Shown one piece after another: positions 16,525 through 24,925 of a stretch of 64,000 nucleotides of DNA. The position numbers were made by a program, and so were the translations under genes. A model generated the notes under the pieces. That model did not search any database. It worked only from the letters and a program-made list of their open reading frames with translations, and had not been told where the DNA came from. The first letter of the stretch is position 1. Every line of letters begins with the position of its first letter. The DNA comes from an uncultured Chloroflexia bacterium. GTDB taxonomy: Bacteria > Chloroflexota > Anaerolineae > Promineifilales > UBA4811. The DNA lies in assembly GCA_963707345.1 (NCBI GenBank), contig CAVPPE010000003.1, positions 318,352 through 382,351 of the forward strand, given 5' to 3'.

Positions 16525-16986
16525 ATGGATTTCGAGTTTGTTGCTATCATCCAGCGGCCGCCGGAGGTGGTTTTTGCGTTCTTCCGCGACATTGACCTGC
16601 ACCCCAGCGAGCCGGGTTCGCTGGTGCCGGTCTACGACAAGCTAACCCCCGGCCCGGCCGCCGTCGGCACGCGCTACCGTGAGTTGGTGCGCATCCTGCC
16701 GGGCTGGCACGCGGAAAACATCAGCCAGATCACCCGCATTGAGCCACCGTGGGCGCTCGAGTCCCGCTTTGCCTTCGGCCGGGCGATGGATGGGACGCTG
16801 GCCTATCATCTGCAGCCGGCTGGGGAGGGGACCCACGTCCGGCAGCGGCAGACGCTCCGGCCGCGGGGCCTGCTCAAGCTGTTCAGCCCGTTCATCCGGC
16901 TGGCCTTTGGGAAGGCAGGGGCCTGGCGGCTGCGGGGTATCAAACGGCTGCTGGAGGCCGGCCGGGATGCTGGCCCGTCTGGGTAA
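16525..16986 (+). CDS. SRPBCC (START/polyketide-cyclase-like) family protein
   Basis: MDFEFVAIIQRPPEVVFAFFRDI... is a typical SRPBCC N-terminus, ~153 aa. I use the internal ATG 16525 rather than track start 16450. Confidence 0.6.
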   Translation: MDFEFVAIIQRPPEVVFAFFRDIDLHPSEPGSLVPVYDKLTPGPAAVGTRYRELVRILPGWHAENISQITRIEPPWALESRFAFGRAMDGTLAYHLQPAGEGTHVRQRQTLRPRGLLKLFSPFIRLAFGKAGAWRLRGIKRLLEAGRDAGPSG

Positions 16987-17135
16987 CGCCATCAAAGCGG
17001 CCGGGCAGACCGCGCTCTCGATTGGTTTGCAGACCGTTGGGCTACTCGGCTGCGCCGTCATCGGCTGGCTGTGCATCTTTACCCTGATCTTGGTGCTGAT
17101 CGCGCTTGGCGGTCTGCCGGTTGATTAGCCGACCG

Positions 17136-18263
17136 TCACACGGTCAAGCTCGTTGAGCGCAGCAGAAAGCGGTTGACCCGCTCCATGTTGACCGTCACCC
17201 CCAGCCCTGGTTCGGCCGGGGCGGTGATGGTGCTGTCCTCCGCGTTCAGCGTGAAAACCTGGTCCACAATGTCCTCCACCCAGTAGCGGGCGGTGGCAGA
17301 GATGTCGCCGGGCAGGGTGAACCCCGGCAGGCTGGCAAGCGCCAGGTTGGCCGCCCGGCCGACCCCCGTCTCCAGCATCCCGCCGCACCAGACCGGCACC
17401 CCCCGCGCCCGGCACAGGTTGTGGATCTGCCGCGCTTCCCACAGGCCGCCCACCCGGCCGGGTTTGATGTTGATGATCCGGCCGGCGTCGATCGCCAGTG
17501 CCCACTCGGCCTGCTCCGGCGTCTGGATGCTCTCGTCCAGGCAGATGGGGGTGTGCAGTTGCGGCTGGAGCTGGCTGTGCTGATAGATGTCATCGTGGCC
17601 CAGTGGCTGCTCGATCATCAACAGGTCCAGCTCGTCCATCGCCTGGAAGAGGGGCGCGTCCGCCAGCGTGTAGGCTGAATTGGCGTCCAGCATGATAGCG
17701 GCAGTGGGAAAGGCGGCCCGCGCTGCTTGCGCCAACGCCAGGTCGCGGCCGGGTTTGATCTTGAGCTTGATCCGGCCGTACCCCTGTGCGCGATAGTCGA
17801 CGATGCGCGCCAGTGTGTCGTCAATCGTCGGTTGGAGGCCAATGCTGACGCCAACCGCCACCCGGTCGCGCGGACCTTCCGGATACGGCTGGGCCAGTTT
17901 GGCTACCAAGCTGACCCCGTCGCGCTGCGCCAGTAGGTCCCAGGCGGCCGCCTGCAGCCCAGCCTTGGCCATCGGGTGGCCGCGCACCCAATGGTAGAGC
18001 GCTGCCAATTGGTCGATTGTCTCCCACGTCTGCCCCAGCACGGCCGGGAGCACAAAGTCGGTCAGCACGTGCCAGGCGGTCTCCATCGTCTCGTACGAGT
18101 ACATCGGCCGGCTCAACGCCGCGCACTCGCCCCAGCCGGTCAGCCCGGCCGCGCGGGCCGCTACCAGGATGCACTCCCGATGCGTTTGCAGCCCAAAGCT
18201 GGTCTCAAATGGATGGGCCAGCGGCATGGTTAGGTGGTACAGGTCGATGCGTTCAATCTTCAT
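17136..18263 (-). CDS. Enolase-superfamily enzyme of the o-succinylbenzoate synthase / N-acyl(succinyl)amino-acid racemase family
   Basis: MKIERIDLYHLTMPLAHPFETSFG N-terminus, metal/catalytic region KLKIKPG...DANSAY...IEQPL...LDES...KPGRVGG. GGGAG SD lies 5 nt before ATG 18263. Confidence 0.8.
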   Translation of the reverse strand: MKIERIDLYHLTMPLAHPFETSFGLQTHRECILVAARAAGLTGWGECAALSRPMYSYETMETAWHVLTDFVLPAVLGQTWETIDQLAALYHWVRGHPMAKAGLQAAAWDLLAQRDGVSLVAKLAQPYPEGPRDRVAVGVSIGLQPTIDDTLARIVDYRAQGYGRIKLKIKPGRDLALAQAARAAFPTAAIMLDANSAYTLADAPLFQAMDELDLLMIEQPLGHDDIYQHSQLQPQLHTPICLDESIQTPEQAEWALAIDAGRIINIKPGRVGGLWEARQIHNLCRARGVPVWCGGMLETGVGRAANLALASLPGFTLPGDISATARYWVEDIVDQVFTLNAEDSTITAPAEPGLGVTVNMERVNRFLLRSTSLTV

Positions 18264-18281
18264 CTGTGCTCCCAACTCGGA

Positions 18282-19133
18282 TTATCGCTCGGCGACAAAA
18301 AGCTCCAGCAGGTAGAAACTGCGCGGGGGCATTGCGCCGCGCTGAAAGATGAAATCGGTGGCGCGGTAGCCGGCCGCAAAAGCGCCCTCAAAGACGGCTC
18401 GCGTGTGGCTACGCCAGGCGGCCGCCAGCCCCATGTCCGCCCGGCGGATGGCCTGCATGTCGGCCGGGATTTCCACCAGCAGGCGCGGCCCGGCCGGTGC
18501 TGCGGTCGGTTCGGCCGGGTAGCGGAATCCGTGGCCAGGGCCGCTGGCGGCCGGATTGAGCAGTTGTGCGTCGGCCGGAGGGTGGGCCAGCGTGTGAGCG
18601 CCGGCCAGCCGCTCGCGGACGTGTGTGGTGGCAATCCGCCAATCCACCCGGAAGCGATCGGAAGCAAGGCCTTCGTTCATCCGGTCGGCCATCTCCCCGT
18701 ACACATCCCGCAGATAGGTGTTGCAGGTGGCTCCCAGCCGCCGGAGGTTGAGGTTGGCGTTGCGGCTCTCCAGCGGGTCGTAAGTCCAGGTGACCAGCTC
18801 CAGCCCGCGCTCCAGCGCCCACTCCCGCTGCGCCAGCTTGAGCCGGCAGCCCACCCGCTGGTCGCGGTAGGCGGGCAGCACGCCGGTCATGTGGGAGACC
18901 AGCTTGAGGTGCGCGGAGGCCGGGCGGCCATCATCCACGGTGCCCAGCCAGCCAAGCGAAAAACCGACCAGCCGGCCGCCATCGTACGCGCCCAGCAACG
19001 CCCCGCCGTTTTTGGCGATGGTGATGAGCACGTGCGCCGGGGTGGCGTCAATCGGGTCCATCTGCCAGGCGGCCAACTCGACCTGGATGACCTGCTGCGC
19101 CTCGTCAATGGTGGTGATGGGGCGAATCTCCAC
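18282..19133 (-). CDS. GNAT-like acyltransferase of the kind found next to NSAR-type racemases
   Basis: EIRPITTIDEAQQVIQVELAAW...LLGAYDGGRLVGFSLGW...LPAYRDQRVGCRLKLAQREWALERG is a GNAT A-motif-like segment. The GTG start at 19133 follows GAGAGG. The track ORF is extended upstream through the methyltransferase gene. Confidence 0.65.
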   Translation of the reverse strand: MEIRPITTIDEAQQVIQVELAAWQMDPIDATPAHVLITIAKNGGALLGAYDGGRLVGFSLGWLGTVDDGRPASAHLKLVSHMTGVLPAYRDQRVGCRLKLAQREWALERGLELVTWTYDPLESRNANLNLRRLGATCNTYLRDVYGEMADRMNEGLASDRFRVDWRIATTHVRERLAGAHTLAHPPADAQLLNPAASGPGHGFRYPAEPTAAPAGPRLLVEIPADMQAIRRADMGLAAAWRSHTRAVFEGAFAAGYRATDFIFQRGAMPPRSFYLLELFVAER

Positions 19134-19138
19134 GACAA

Positions 19139-19783
19139 TTACCTCTCTGGAAACAGAAGGAAAATGACAACCTGGCTGCCGGGCAACTCGACCCAGCGCA
19201 GCTCGGTGCGAAAGCCGGCCGCCGCGAACTGGGGCGGGATGGGAAATCCGCGCTCCGGCCGCTGGCCGGTGACGCGGTAGAGCCACTCCAGCGCCCGCGC
19301 CAGCGGGCCGCGGCCGGTGAGGTGGGCGATGGGCAGCACCACGAAAATCCCATCAGGGGCCAGCACGCGGTGGACCTCGCTCAACGCCAGTGGGTCCAGG
19401 ATAAAGGCGGCCGGAAAGGTGGAGACGGCGCTGTCAAAGGTGCCGGCCGGGAAAGGGAGAATCTGCGCCATGCCGCGTGTCAGTGGCACAGCCAACCCCT
19501 GCCGCGTCAGCTTGCGCCCTGCGATGCGGCCCATCGCTGGGGAGAGGTCAAAGCCGGTGGGCCGATGGCCGGCCGCTGCCAACTCTGGCAGCAGATTGCC
19601 GGTGCCGTGCGCCAACTCCAGCACGCGGCTGCCGCGCAGGAACGGGAGAACGCAGCGAGTCCACGTTTGCCACTGTCCCAGGCTCACCAGCCAGGCCACC
19701 GCGTCGTAGGTCCAGGCAAGCTGGTTGTAGAGCAGGCCAAAGCCCCATCTCAGCAGGCGGTAGCGCAGACAGTCCAGCTTCAC
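19139..19783 (-). CDS. Class I SAM-dependent methyltransferase
   Basis: Motif I VLELAHGTGN. GTG start at 19783 overlaps the upstream stop (GTGA). Confidence 0.7.
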   Translation of the reverse strand: MKLDCLRYRLLRWGFGLLYNQLAWTYDAVAWLVSLGQWQTWTRCVLPFLRGSRVLELAHGTGNLLPELAAAGHRPTGFDLSPAMGRIAGRKLTRQGLAVPLTRGMAQILPFPAGTFDSAVSTFPAAFILDPLALSEVHRVLAPDGIFVVLPIAHLTGRGPLARALEWLYRVTGQRPERGFPIPPQFAAAGFRTELRWVELPGSQVVIFLLFPER

Positions 19784-20628
19784 GTCCCCAGCGCTCCAAA
19801 GGTGACCAGTTCGATTGCCTGCAGCGCCAGCCGTTCGCGCACGGCCGGGTGGCAGAGAATCTCCAACTCGCGCTCGCGCTGCAGGTTGTAGTTGCTGGTC
19901 AGGTCCGGCCGGGAATAGCCGGGATGGCACATCAGTTCGTTGACGCCGGCCGGCAGGTTGTCCAGGATGTGCAGTAGATTTTCCAGCGTCGCGCCGGCGT
20001 CGAAAAAGGTGCTGAGAAAGGCATCCGGCCGCGCGACGCCGCTGGTAAGCAGACGGCCGGTCACCATTTTCTCCAGCGCAGCGGCCGCCTGCGGGGTGAT
20101 GCCCGGCGGGGCCAGCCCGGCCTGCGCCTGGGCGCGAAAGCCCCCTGGTGGGATCGGGTTGCGAACCGGCAGGTCGTACTCGGCCGCCAGCGCCAGCATG
20201 GCATCCAGCAGGGTTGGGTGCAAAAAGGTGACGTGGTGGTGGCTGTCCAGGTGATCCACCCGCACCCCGGCCGCCAGTGTGGCTTCGATCTGGGCCCGCA
20301 ACTCGGCCTGCAACTCGGCCAGGTTGAGGGCATCCAGCCGGCCGGCCTGATCGGCGATGTGTGGGAAATGCCCGTCTCGGCCGATCAGCGTGGGAACCTG
20401 CCCGGCCGGCAACACAGGCGGCCCGGCCGTCAGACAGAGATGGACGCCCACTCCCAGGCGCGGGAATTCCACCCTGGCGCGGCGTATCGCTTCGGCCGCG
20501 CCGGGAAAGTTGATCATCACTGTGGTGCTGGTGACGATGCCGAGTTGGTGAGCGTGCAGGATGCCGTCGCTGACGGCCGGATGGCGGCCGAAATCGTCAG
20601 CGTTGGCAATCAGCCTGCGTTCAGCCAT
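19780..20628 (-). CDS. ChbG/YdjC-family carbohydrate deacetylase-like protein
   Basis: LIANADDFGRHPAVSDGILHAHQLGIVTSTTVMIN and HLDSHHHV motifs are typical of YdjC/ChbG. Start placed at ATG 20628 (MAERRLIANADDFG). Confidence 0.75.
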   Translation of the reverse strand: MAERRLIANADDFGRHPAVSDGILHAHQLGIVTSTTVMINFPGAAEAIRRARVEFPRLGVGVHLCLTAGPPVLPAGQVPTLIGRDGHFPHIADQAGRLDALNLAELQAELRAQIEATLAAGVRVDHLDSHHHVTFLHPTLLDAMLALAAEYDLPVRNPIPPGGFRAQAQAGLAPPGITPQAAAALEKMVTGRLLTSGVARPDAFLSTFFDAGATLENLLHILDNLPAGVNELMCHPGYSRPDLTSNYNLQRERELEILCHPAVRERLALQAIELVTFGALGT

Positions 20629-20840
20629 GCTGTTTTTACTCCTGGCGCTCGCCATTCCCCGCCGGTGTGTAACAGACGGCGCATCACCCATCAATAAGGG
20701 CGATTGAGTGATCTTTGATTGGTTGAGAGTCAATGCCATTCATGGGCCTGTCATGTGTCCTCGAAGCAGCAGTATAGCAGCATTGCGAATTGGCATCAAG
20801 GATTCCCGAACTGGTGACCGCGGGAACTTTGTTCTGTGTC

Positions 20841-20869
20841 TTGACAAACAAAGAGCGTCATGCTATTAT
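20841..20869 (+). promoter_or_regulatory. Sigma-70-like promoter of the ROK regulator gene
   Basis: TTGACA (20841-46), 17-nt spacer, TATTAT (20864-69). It is overlapped by the inverted repeat CTTTGTT-N13-AACAAAG (20827-20853). Confidence 0.5.
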
Positions 20870-20923
20870 TTTGCATGGTCAAGCTGTCGATTTGATCGTT
20901 ATTGTCCGGTTAGAAGCAATACA

Positions 20924-22147
20924 GTGACCAAAAGACCCTTAGTAGCCCCCGAGTTTGTACGAGAGGTAAACAAATCCCTCGTCCTCGATCTGGTCCGTCA
21001 GGAAAGGACCATCTCCCGTGCTGATATTGCCCGCCGCACCCGCCTGAGCCGCTCCACGATTTCGATCATCGTCAATGATTTGATCGCGGATGGTTGGCTG
21101 CGGGAAAGCGGGACAGGCCAATCACGCGGCGGCCGGCGTCCCATTTTGCTTACCTTTAACTACCAGGCCGGCTATGTGCTGGGCATTGGCGCAGGGGCGA
21201 CGCACTTGGCGGCCGTGGTGACCGATTTGGACGCCCAGGTGATTGCCGAGTTGGAACGCCCATTTGACGTGGCGGCCGGCCCCATCGTCGGCCTACCGGC
21301 GATTGCGGATATCGGCCGGACAGTGATCTCGCAAGCAGGCATCTCATTCTCCGACCTGGTGGGCATTGGGGTGGGCGTCCCGGGACCACTGGACACAACC
21401 CGAGGAACTCCCGTTGCGCCGCCTATCATGCCCGGTTGGAGTGGCGCACCGGTGCGGGACCGATTGCAGGACGATTTTGGGGTGTCGGTTTATTTGGATA
21501 ACGACGCCAATCTGGGTGCGTTGGGGGAGTTGTATTACGGAGCCGGTCAGGGGGTGCGGAACCTGGTTTATCTCAAGGTAGCCACGGGCATTGGATGTGG
21601 GATTATCATCGATGGTGAGATTTACCACGGGCAAACCGGCACGGCCGGGGAGATTGGTCATCTGATGATCGACGAGGATGGCCCTCCGTGTTCGTGTGGC
21701 AGCTATGGTTGCCTAGAATCCATGGCGGGCGGTCCGGCCATCGCGCAACGTGCCAGGATTGCGATTGAGGCCGGCCAACCAACTGTGTTGAAGGGCGTTG
21801 CCGTCAACGGCAATCTGACGGCCAAGCAGGTGGAGCAAGCCGCCCGCGAGGGGGACCCGTTGAGCCGGCAGCTTTACCGTGACGCCGGCCGGTTGCTGGG
21901 TATTGCGGTGGCGGATGCGATCAATTTACTCAACCCCGGCCGGGTGATTATCGGCGGCGGCGTCTCGCAGGCGGGAGAATTGATTCTCGAGTCACTGCGC
22001 GAGAGCGTGGCCCAGCGGGCCATGCGGGCCGCGATCGGTAGCACGGACATTGTCCAGTCGGCCCTGGGCCGGCGCTCGACCGAGATGGGAGCAGTGGCCC
22101 TGGTGCTGGAACAGGCTTTTCGCAGCCCGGCCAGAGATCTTTTGTGA
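20924..22147 (+). CDS. ROK-family transcriptional repressor (NagC/XylR-like)
   Basis: N-terminal wHTH (NKSLVLDLVRQERTISRADIARRTRLSRSTISIIVNDLIADGWL), sugar-kinase-like fold and ROK zinc motif CSCGSYGCLES. GTG start at 20924 gives 407 aa. Confidence 0.8.
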   Translation: MTKRPLVAPEFVREVNKSLVLDLVRQERTISRADIARRTRLSRSTISIIVNDLIADGWLRESGTGQSRGGRRPILLTFNYQAGYVLGIGAGATHLAAVVTDLDAQVIAELERPFDVAAGPIVGLPAIADIGRTVISQAGISFSDLVGIGVGVPGPLDTTRGTPVAPPIMPGWSGAPVRDRLQDDFGVSVYLDNDANLGALGELYYGAGQGVRNLVYLKVATGIGCGIIIDGEIYHGQTGTAGEIGHLMIDEDGPPCSCGSYGCLESMAGGPAIAQRARIAIEAGQPTVLKGVAVNGNLTAKQVEQAAREGDPLSRQLYRDAGRLLGIAVADAINLLNPGRVIIGGGVSQAGELILESLRESVAQRAMRAAIGSTDIVQSALGRRSTEMGAVALVLEQAFRSPARDLL

Positions 22148-22262
22148 TAAACTTGTGGAGCGCAAATGAGTGGCAGAAGGAGGTGATACCTGAACAGGGA
22201 GAGTGTGAGACAGATTTTGCTGTAATGGTCTAACAGAGGTAACTACTCAACCCAGGCCGCCC

Positions 22263-22289
22263 TTTCCGTGGCCCGAGCAGTTACGGAAA
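22263..22289. promoter_or_regulatory. Inverted repeat TTTCCGT-N13-ACGGAAA upstream of the binding-protein gene (candidate operator)
   Basis: 7-bp perfect arms with a 13-nt spacer, 32 nt before ATG 22321. It has the same 7-13-7 geometry as the repeat over the ROK promoter. Confidence 0.3.
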
Positions 22290-22320
22290 CCAAAACAATT
22301 GATTGAAGGAGTATCAGGAG

Positions 22321-24810
22321 ATGAAGAAGAGTTTGTGGATGTTGTTTAGTTTACTGCTGGTTGCCAGTATGGTGCTGGCGGCCTGCGGCGGTGTGACCCA
22401 GGAGGAGCCTACCGCTACTCCCAAACCGGCCGCCACCGAGGCCCCCGAGACGACGGGAAAGGCGACTGAGGAACCCGTTGTGGAAGGCCCAACCGCCGAG
22501 CTTACTGTCTGGGATGGATGGGCTGGCGATTATGAGGCCAATATCCTCTCGATTTTTGACGCCTACATGGGAATGAACCCTGGGGTCAAGATCGAGACGG
22601 TCGAGGTGGAGGATTTCCAGAACAAGCTGGCGACGGCCGTGCCGGCCGGCGAGGGTCCGGACATCGTCTGCTGGGTGCACGACAAGATCGGCGAGTGGGC
22701 CGAGATTGAAGTGCTGGCCCCCATCAATGAGTACATTGATATGGCCGCTTTCAAAGCCACCTACATCGCCCCGGCCGTGGATGCCGTCAGCTACAAGGAT
22801 GGCATCTATGGCTTCCCCGAGTCGATCGAGACCGTAACTTTGATCTACAACAAGGCGCTTATCAGCGCAGAAGAGATCCCGGCGACGGCCGACGAGCTGC
22901 TGGCCCTGGCAGAGGCCTGGGACAAGAGCGAGTACCTGTTGGCTTTCAACGTCAAAGATGCCTACTTTGGCGCTTTTGCCATGCAGGCCGGACCCGCTTT
23001 TTACGTCAATGCGCAAGGTGGCATTGGGCTGGATCCGGATGCGCTTCCAGGCGCTGAGTTTATCGCCGCGCTGCGCGAGTTCTCACCGGAAGAGGTGGAT
23101 TACGGCATCGCCGACACGCTCTTCAAGGAAGGCAAGAGCGCGATGATCATCAACGGTCCGTGGTACATTGCGGACGTTGAGGGCGCGGGCATTGACTATG
23201 GGATGGCGACGCTGCCGGTGATTGGCGAGAACCCCGGGCAACCGTTCCTGGGGGTCAAGTTCTGCGGCATCACCCCGCTGGCCGTCGAGCGCGGTGTGGC
23301 CGAGGCGGCTGTGGCAGCGTTGGGGTACTATACCAACGCCGAGAACCAGGTCTTCCTGGCTGAGAGTAACAAGATGGTTCCAACCACCAAGGCGGCGCTG
23401 GCGGATTCGGCCGTCAAGGCCCTGACCACGGTGTCAGCCTTTGGTAATCAGGCGACCCTGGGCGCGCCGATGCCCAACACCCCGTACATGGGTTCGCTGT
23501 GGGACCCGGTTGCCCAGGCGCTGACCGCCATCTGGAACGGCACGCAGCCCCCCGACGTAGCGGTGATCGCTGCGCAGGCGGCCGCTTGCGAGGGTGTGAC
23601 CAACATGGGCGGCGATTGCGAGGCCCGGGACGTGCCTGAAGAGGGCGGGATTGACCTGGCCAGCGCGGCCGCGGTCGTTAACACTGACCTTTCGGGCGCG
23701 GTGATTGGCTGGGATGGCTGGGCCGGCGATTACGAGGCCAATATCCTCACCGTCTTTGATGCTTACATGGAACTCAACCCCAATGTTACGTTCGAGAGCG
23801 TTGAGGTGGAGGATTTCCAGAACAAGCTGGCGACGGCCGTGCCGGCCGGCGAGGGTCCGGACATCGTCTGCTGGGTGCACGACAAGATCGGCGAGTGGGC
23901 CGAGATTGAGGTGCTGGCCCCGATTGATGAGTACATCGATGTGGACCTGTTCAAAGCCACCTACATCGCCCCGGCCGTGGACGCTGTCTCCTACAAGGGC
24001 AGCATCTATGGCTTCCCCGAGTCGGTGGAAACCGTGACCGTGATCTACAACAAGGCGCTCATCAGCGCGGAAGAGATCCCGGCGACGGCCGACGAGCTGC
24101 TGGCCCTGGCAGAGGCCTGGGACAAGAGCGAGTACCTGTTGGCATTCAACGTCAAAGATGCCTACTTTGGCGCCTTTGCCATCCAGGCCGGCGAGGCTTA
24201 TTACGTTGACGCCGACGGCAACGTGGGTGTGGGAATGGGCCTGGAAGGCGCCGAGTTTATCGCCGCGCTGCGCGAGTTCTCACCGGAAGAGGTGGATTAC
24301 GGCATCGCCGACACGCTCTTCAAGGAAGGCAAGAGCGCGATGATCATCAACGGTCCGTGGTACATTGCGGACGTTGAGGGCGCGGGCATTGACTATGGGA
24401 TGGCGACGCTGCCGATGATAGGCGAGAACCCCGGGCAGCCCTTCCTGGGGGTCAAGTTCTGCGGCATCACCCCGTTGGCGGTGGAGCGCGGTGTGGCCGA
24501 GGCGGCCGTCAACTTGCTGGCCTACTACACTCACGCAGCGAATCAGGTCTTCCTGGCCGAGAGCAACAAGATGGTCCCGACCACTCCTGACGCGCTGCTG
24601 GACCCGGCCGTGCAGGCCCTGACCACGGTGGCTGCGTTCGGCGAGCAGGCTACATACGGCGCTCCGATGCCCAACACCCCCTTTATGGGCGCGTTGTGGG
24701 ACCCGGTTGCCCAGGCGCTGACCGCCATCTGGAACGGGACGCAGACGGCCGAAGAGGCGCTGCAAGCTGCCCAGACCGCGGCCGAAGAGGGCGTGGCTGG
24801 CATGCAGTAA
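22321..24810 (+). CDS. Tandem-duplicated MalE-like sugar ABC transporter substrate-binding lipoprotein (two SBP modules in one chain)
   Basis: AGGAG SD before ATG 22321. Signal/lipobox MKKSLWMLFSLLLVASMVLAAC. Two ~345-aa modules of about 90% identity (WDGWAGDYEANIL...LTAIWNGTQ) lie 400 codons apart. MalF/MalG-like genes follow. Confidence 0.85.
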   Translation: MKKSLWMLFSLLLVASMVLAACGGVTQEEPTATPKPAATEAPETTGKATEEPVVEGPTAELTVWDGWAGDYEANILSIFDAYMGMNPGVKIETVEVEDFQNKLATAVPAGEGPDIVCWVHDKIGEWAEIEVLAPINEYIDMAAFKATYIAPAVDAVSYKDGIYGFPESIETVTLIYNKALISAEEIPATADELLALAEAWDKSEYLLAFNVKDAYFGAFAMQAGPAFYVNAQGGIGLDPDALPGAEFIAALREFSPEEVDYGIADTLFKEGKSAMIINGPWYIADVEGAGIDYGMATLPVIGENPGQPFLGVKFCGITPLAVERGVAEAAVAALGYYTNAENQVFLAESNKMVPTTKAALADSAVKALTTVSAFGNQATLGAPMPNTPYMGSLWDPVAQALTAIWNGTQPPDVAVIAAQAAACEGVTNMGGDCEARDVPEEGGIDLASAAAVVNTDLSGAVIGWDGWAGDYEANILTVFDAYMELNPNVTFESVEVEDFQNKLATAVPAGEGPDIVCWVHDKIGEWAEIEVLAPIDEYIDVDLFKATYIAPAVDAVSYKGSIYGFPESVETVTVIYNKALISAEEIPATADELLALAEAWDKSEYLLAFNVKDAYFGAFAIQAGEAYYVDADGNVGVGMGLEGAEFIAALREFSPEEVDYGIADTLFKEGKSAMIINGPWYIADVEGAGIDYGMATLPMIGENPGQPFLGVKFCGITPLAVERGVAEAAVNLLAYYTHAANQVFLAESNKMVPTTPDALLDPAVQALTTVAAFGEQATYGAPMPNTPFMGALWDPVAQALTAIWNGTQTAEEALQAAQTAAEEGVAGMQ
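22510..23547 (+). repeat. Intragenic direct repeat, unit 1 (SBP module 1)
   Basis: Matches 23710..24744 at an offset of 1200 nt, falling to 1197 nt after a one-codon indel. It includes perfectly identical blocks of 107, 74 and 162 nt. Confidence 0.9.
23710..24744 (+). repeat. Intragenic direct repeat, unit 2 (SBP module 2)
   Basis: See unit 1. The TGG of WDGW is at 22510 and 23710. The WNGTQ ends are at 23547 and 24744. Confidence 0.9.
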
Positions 24811-24847
24811 GCTCTGTCCACGGTGTGGGATAGATAATGTTTAACGA

Positions 24848-24891
24848 AACGGGGACAAAGGCTGCATGGCTTCTGTCCCCGTTGCTTTTTC
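24848..24891 (+). terminator. Intra-operon hairpin with T-tract between SBP and permease genes (partial terminator/attenuator)
   Basis: AACGGGGACA (24848-57) / TGTCCCCGTT (24874-83), followed by GCTTTTTCT. Confidence 0.5.
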
Positions 24892-24925
24892 TGGCATAAT
24901 AGAACCAAAGCGAAAGGAGGTCTTG

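Noticed and set aside
14981-16525. 514-aa minus-strand ORF
   Set aside because: It is antisense to the Crp/Fnr and DUF3307-like genes. It is Arg/Gln/Pro/Gly-rich, with no SD and no motifs.
16967-17128. 53-aa hydrophobic ORF (MLARLGNAIKAAGQ...LILVLIALGGLPVD) overlapping the end of the SRPBCC gene
   Set aside because: There is no Shine-Dalgarno sequence and it is too short to judge. It could be a real small membrane protein, but I cannot support it from sequence alone.
22510-24744. Possibility that the 1.2-kb direct repeat is a CRISPR-like array, a mobile element or two separate genes
   Set aside because: There are only two long units of about 1.04 kb each, in frame, with no stop between them. 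Both encode homologous SBP modules. There are no short spacer/repeat alternations, terminal inverted repeats or transposase.
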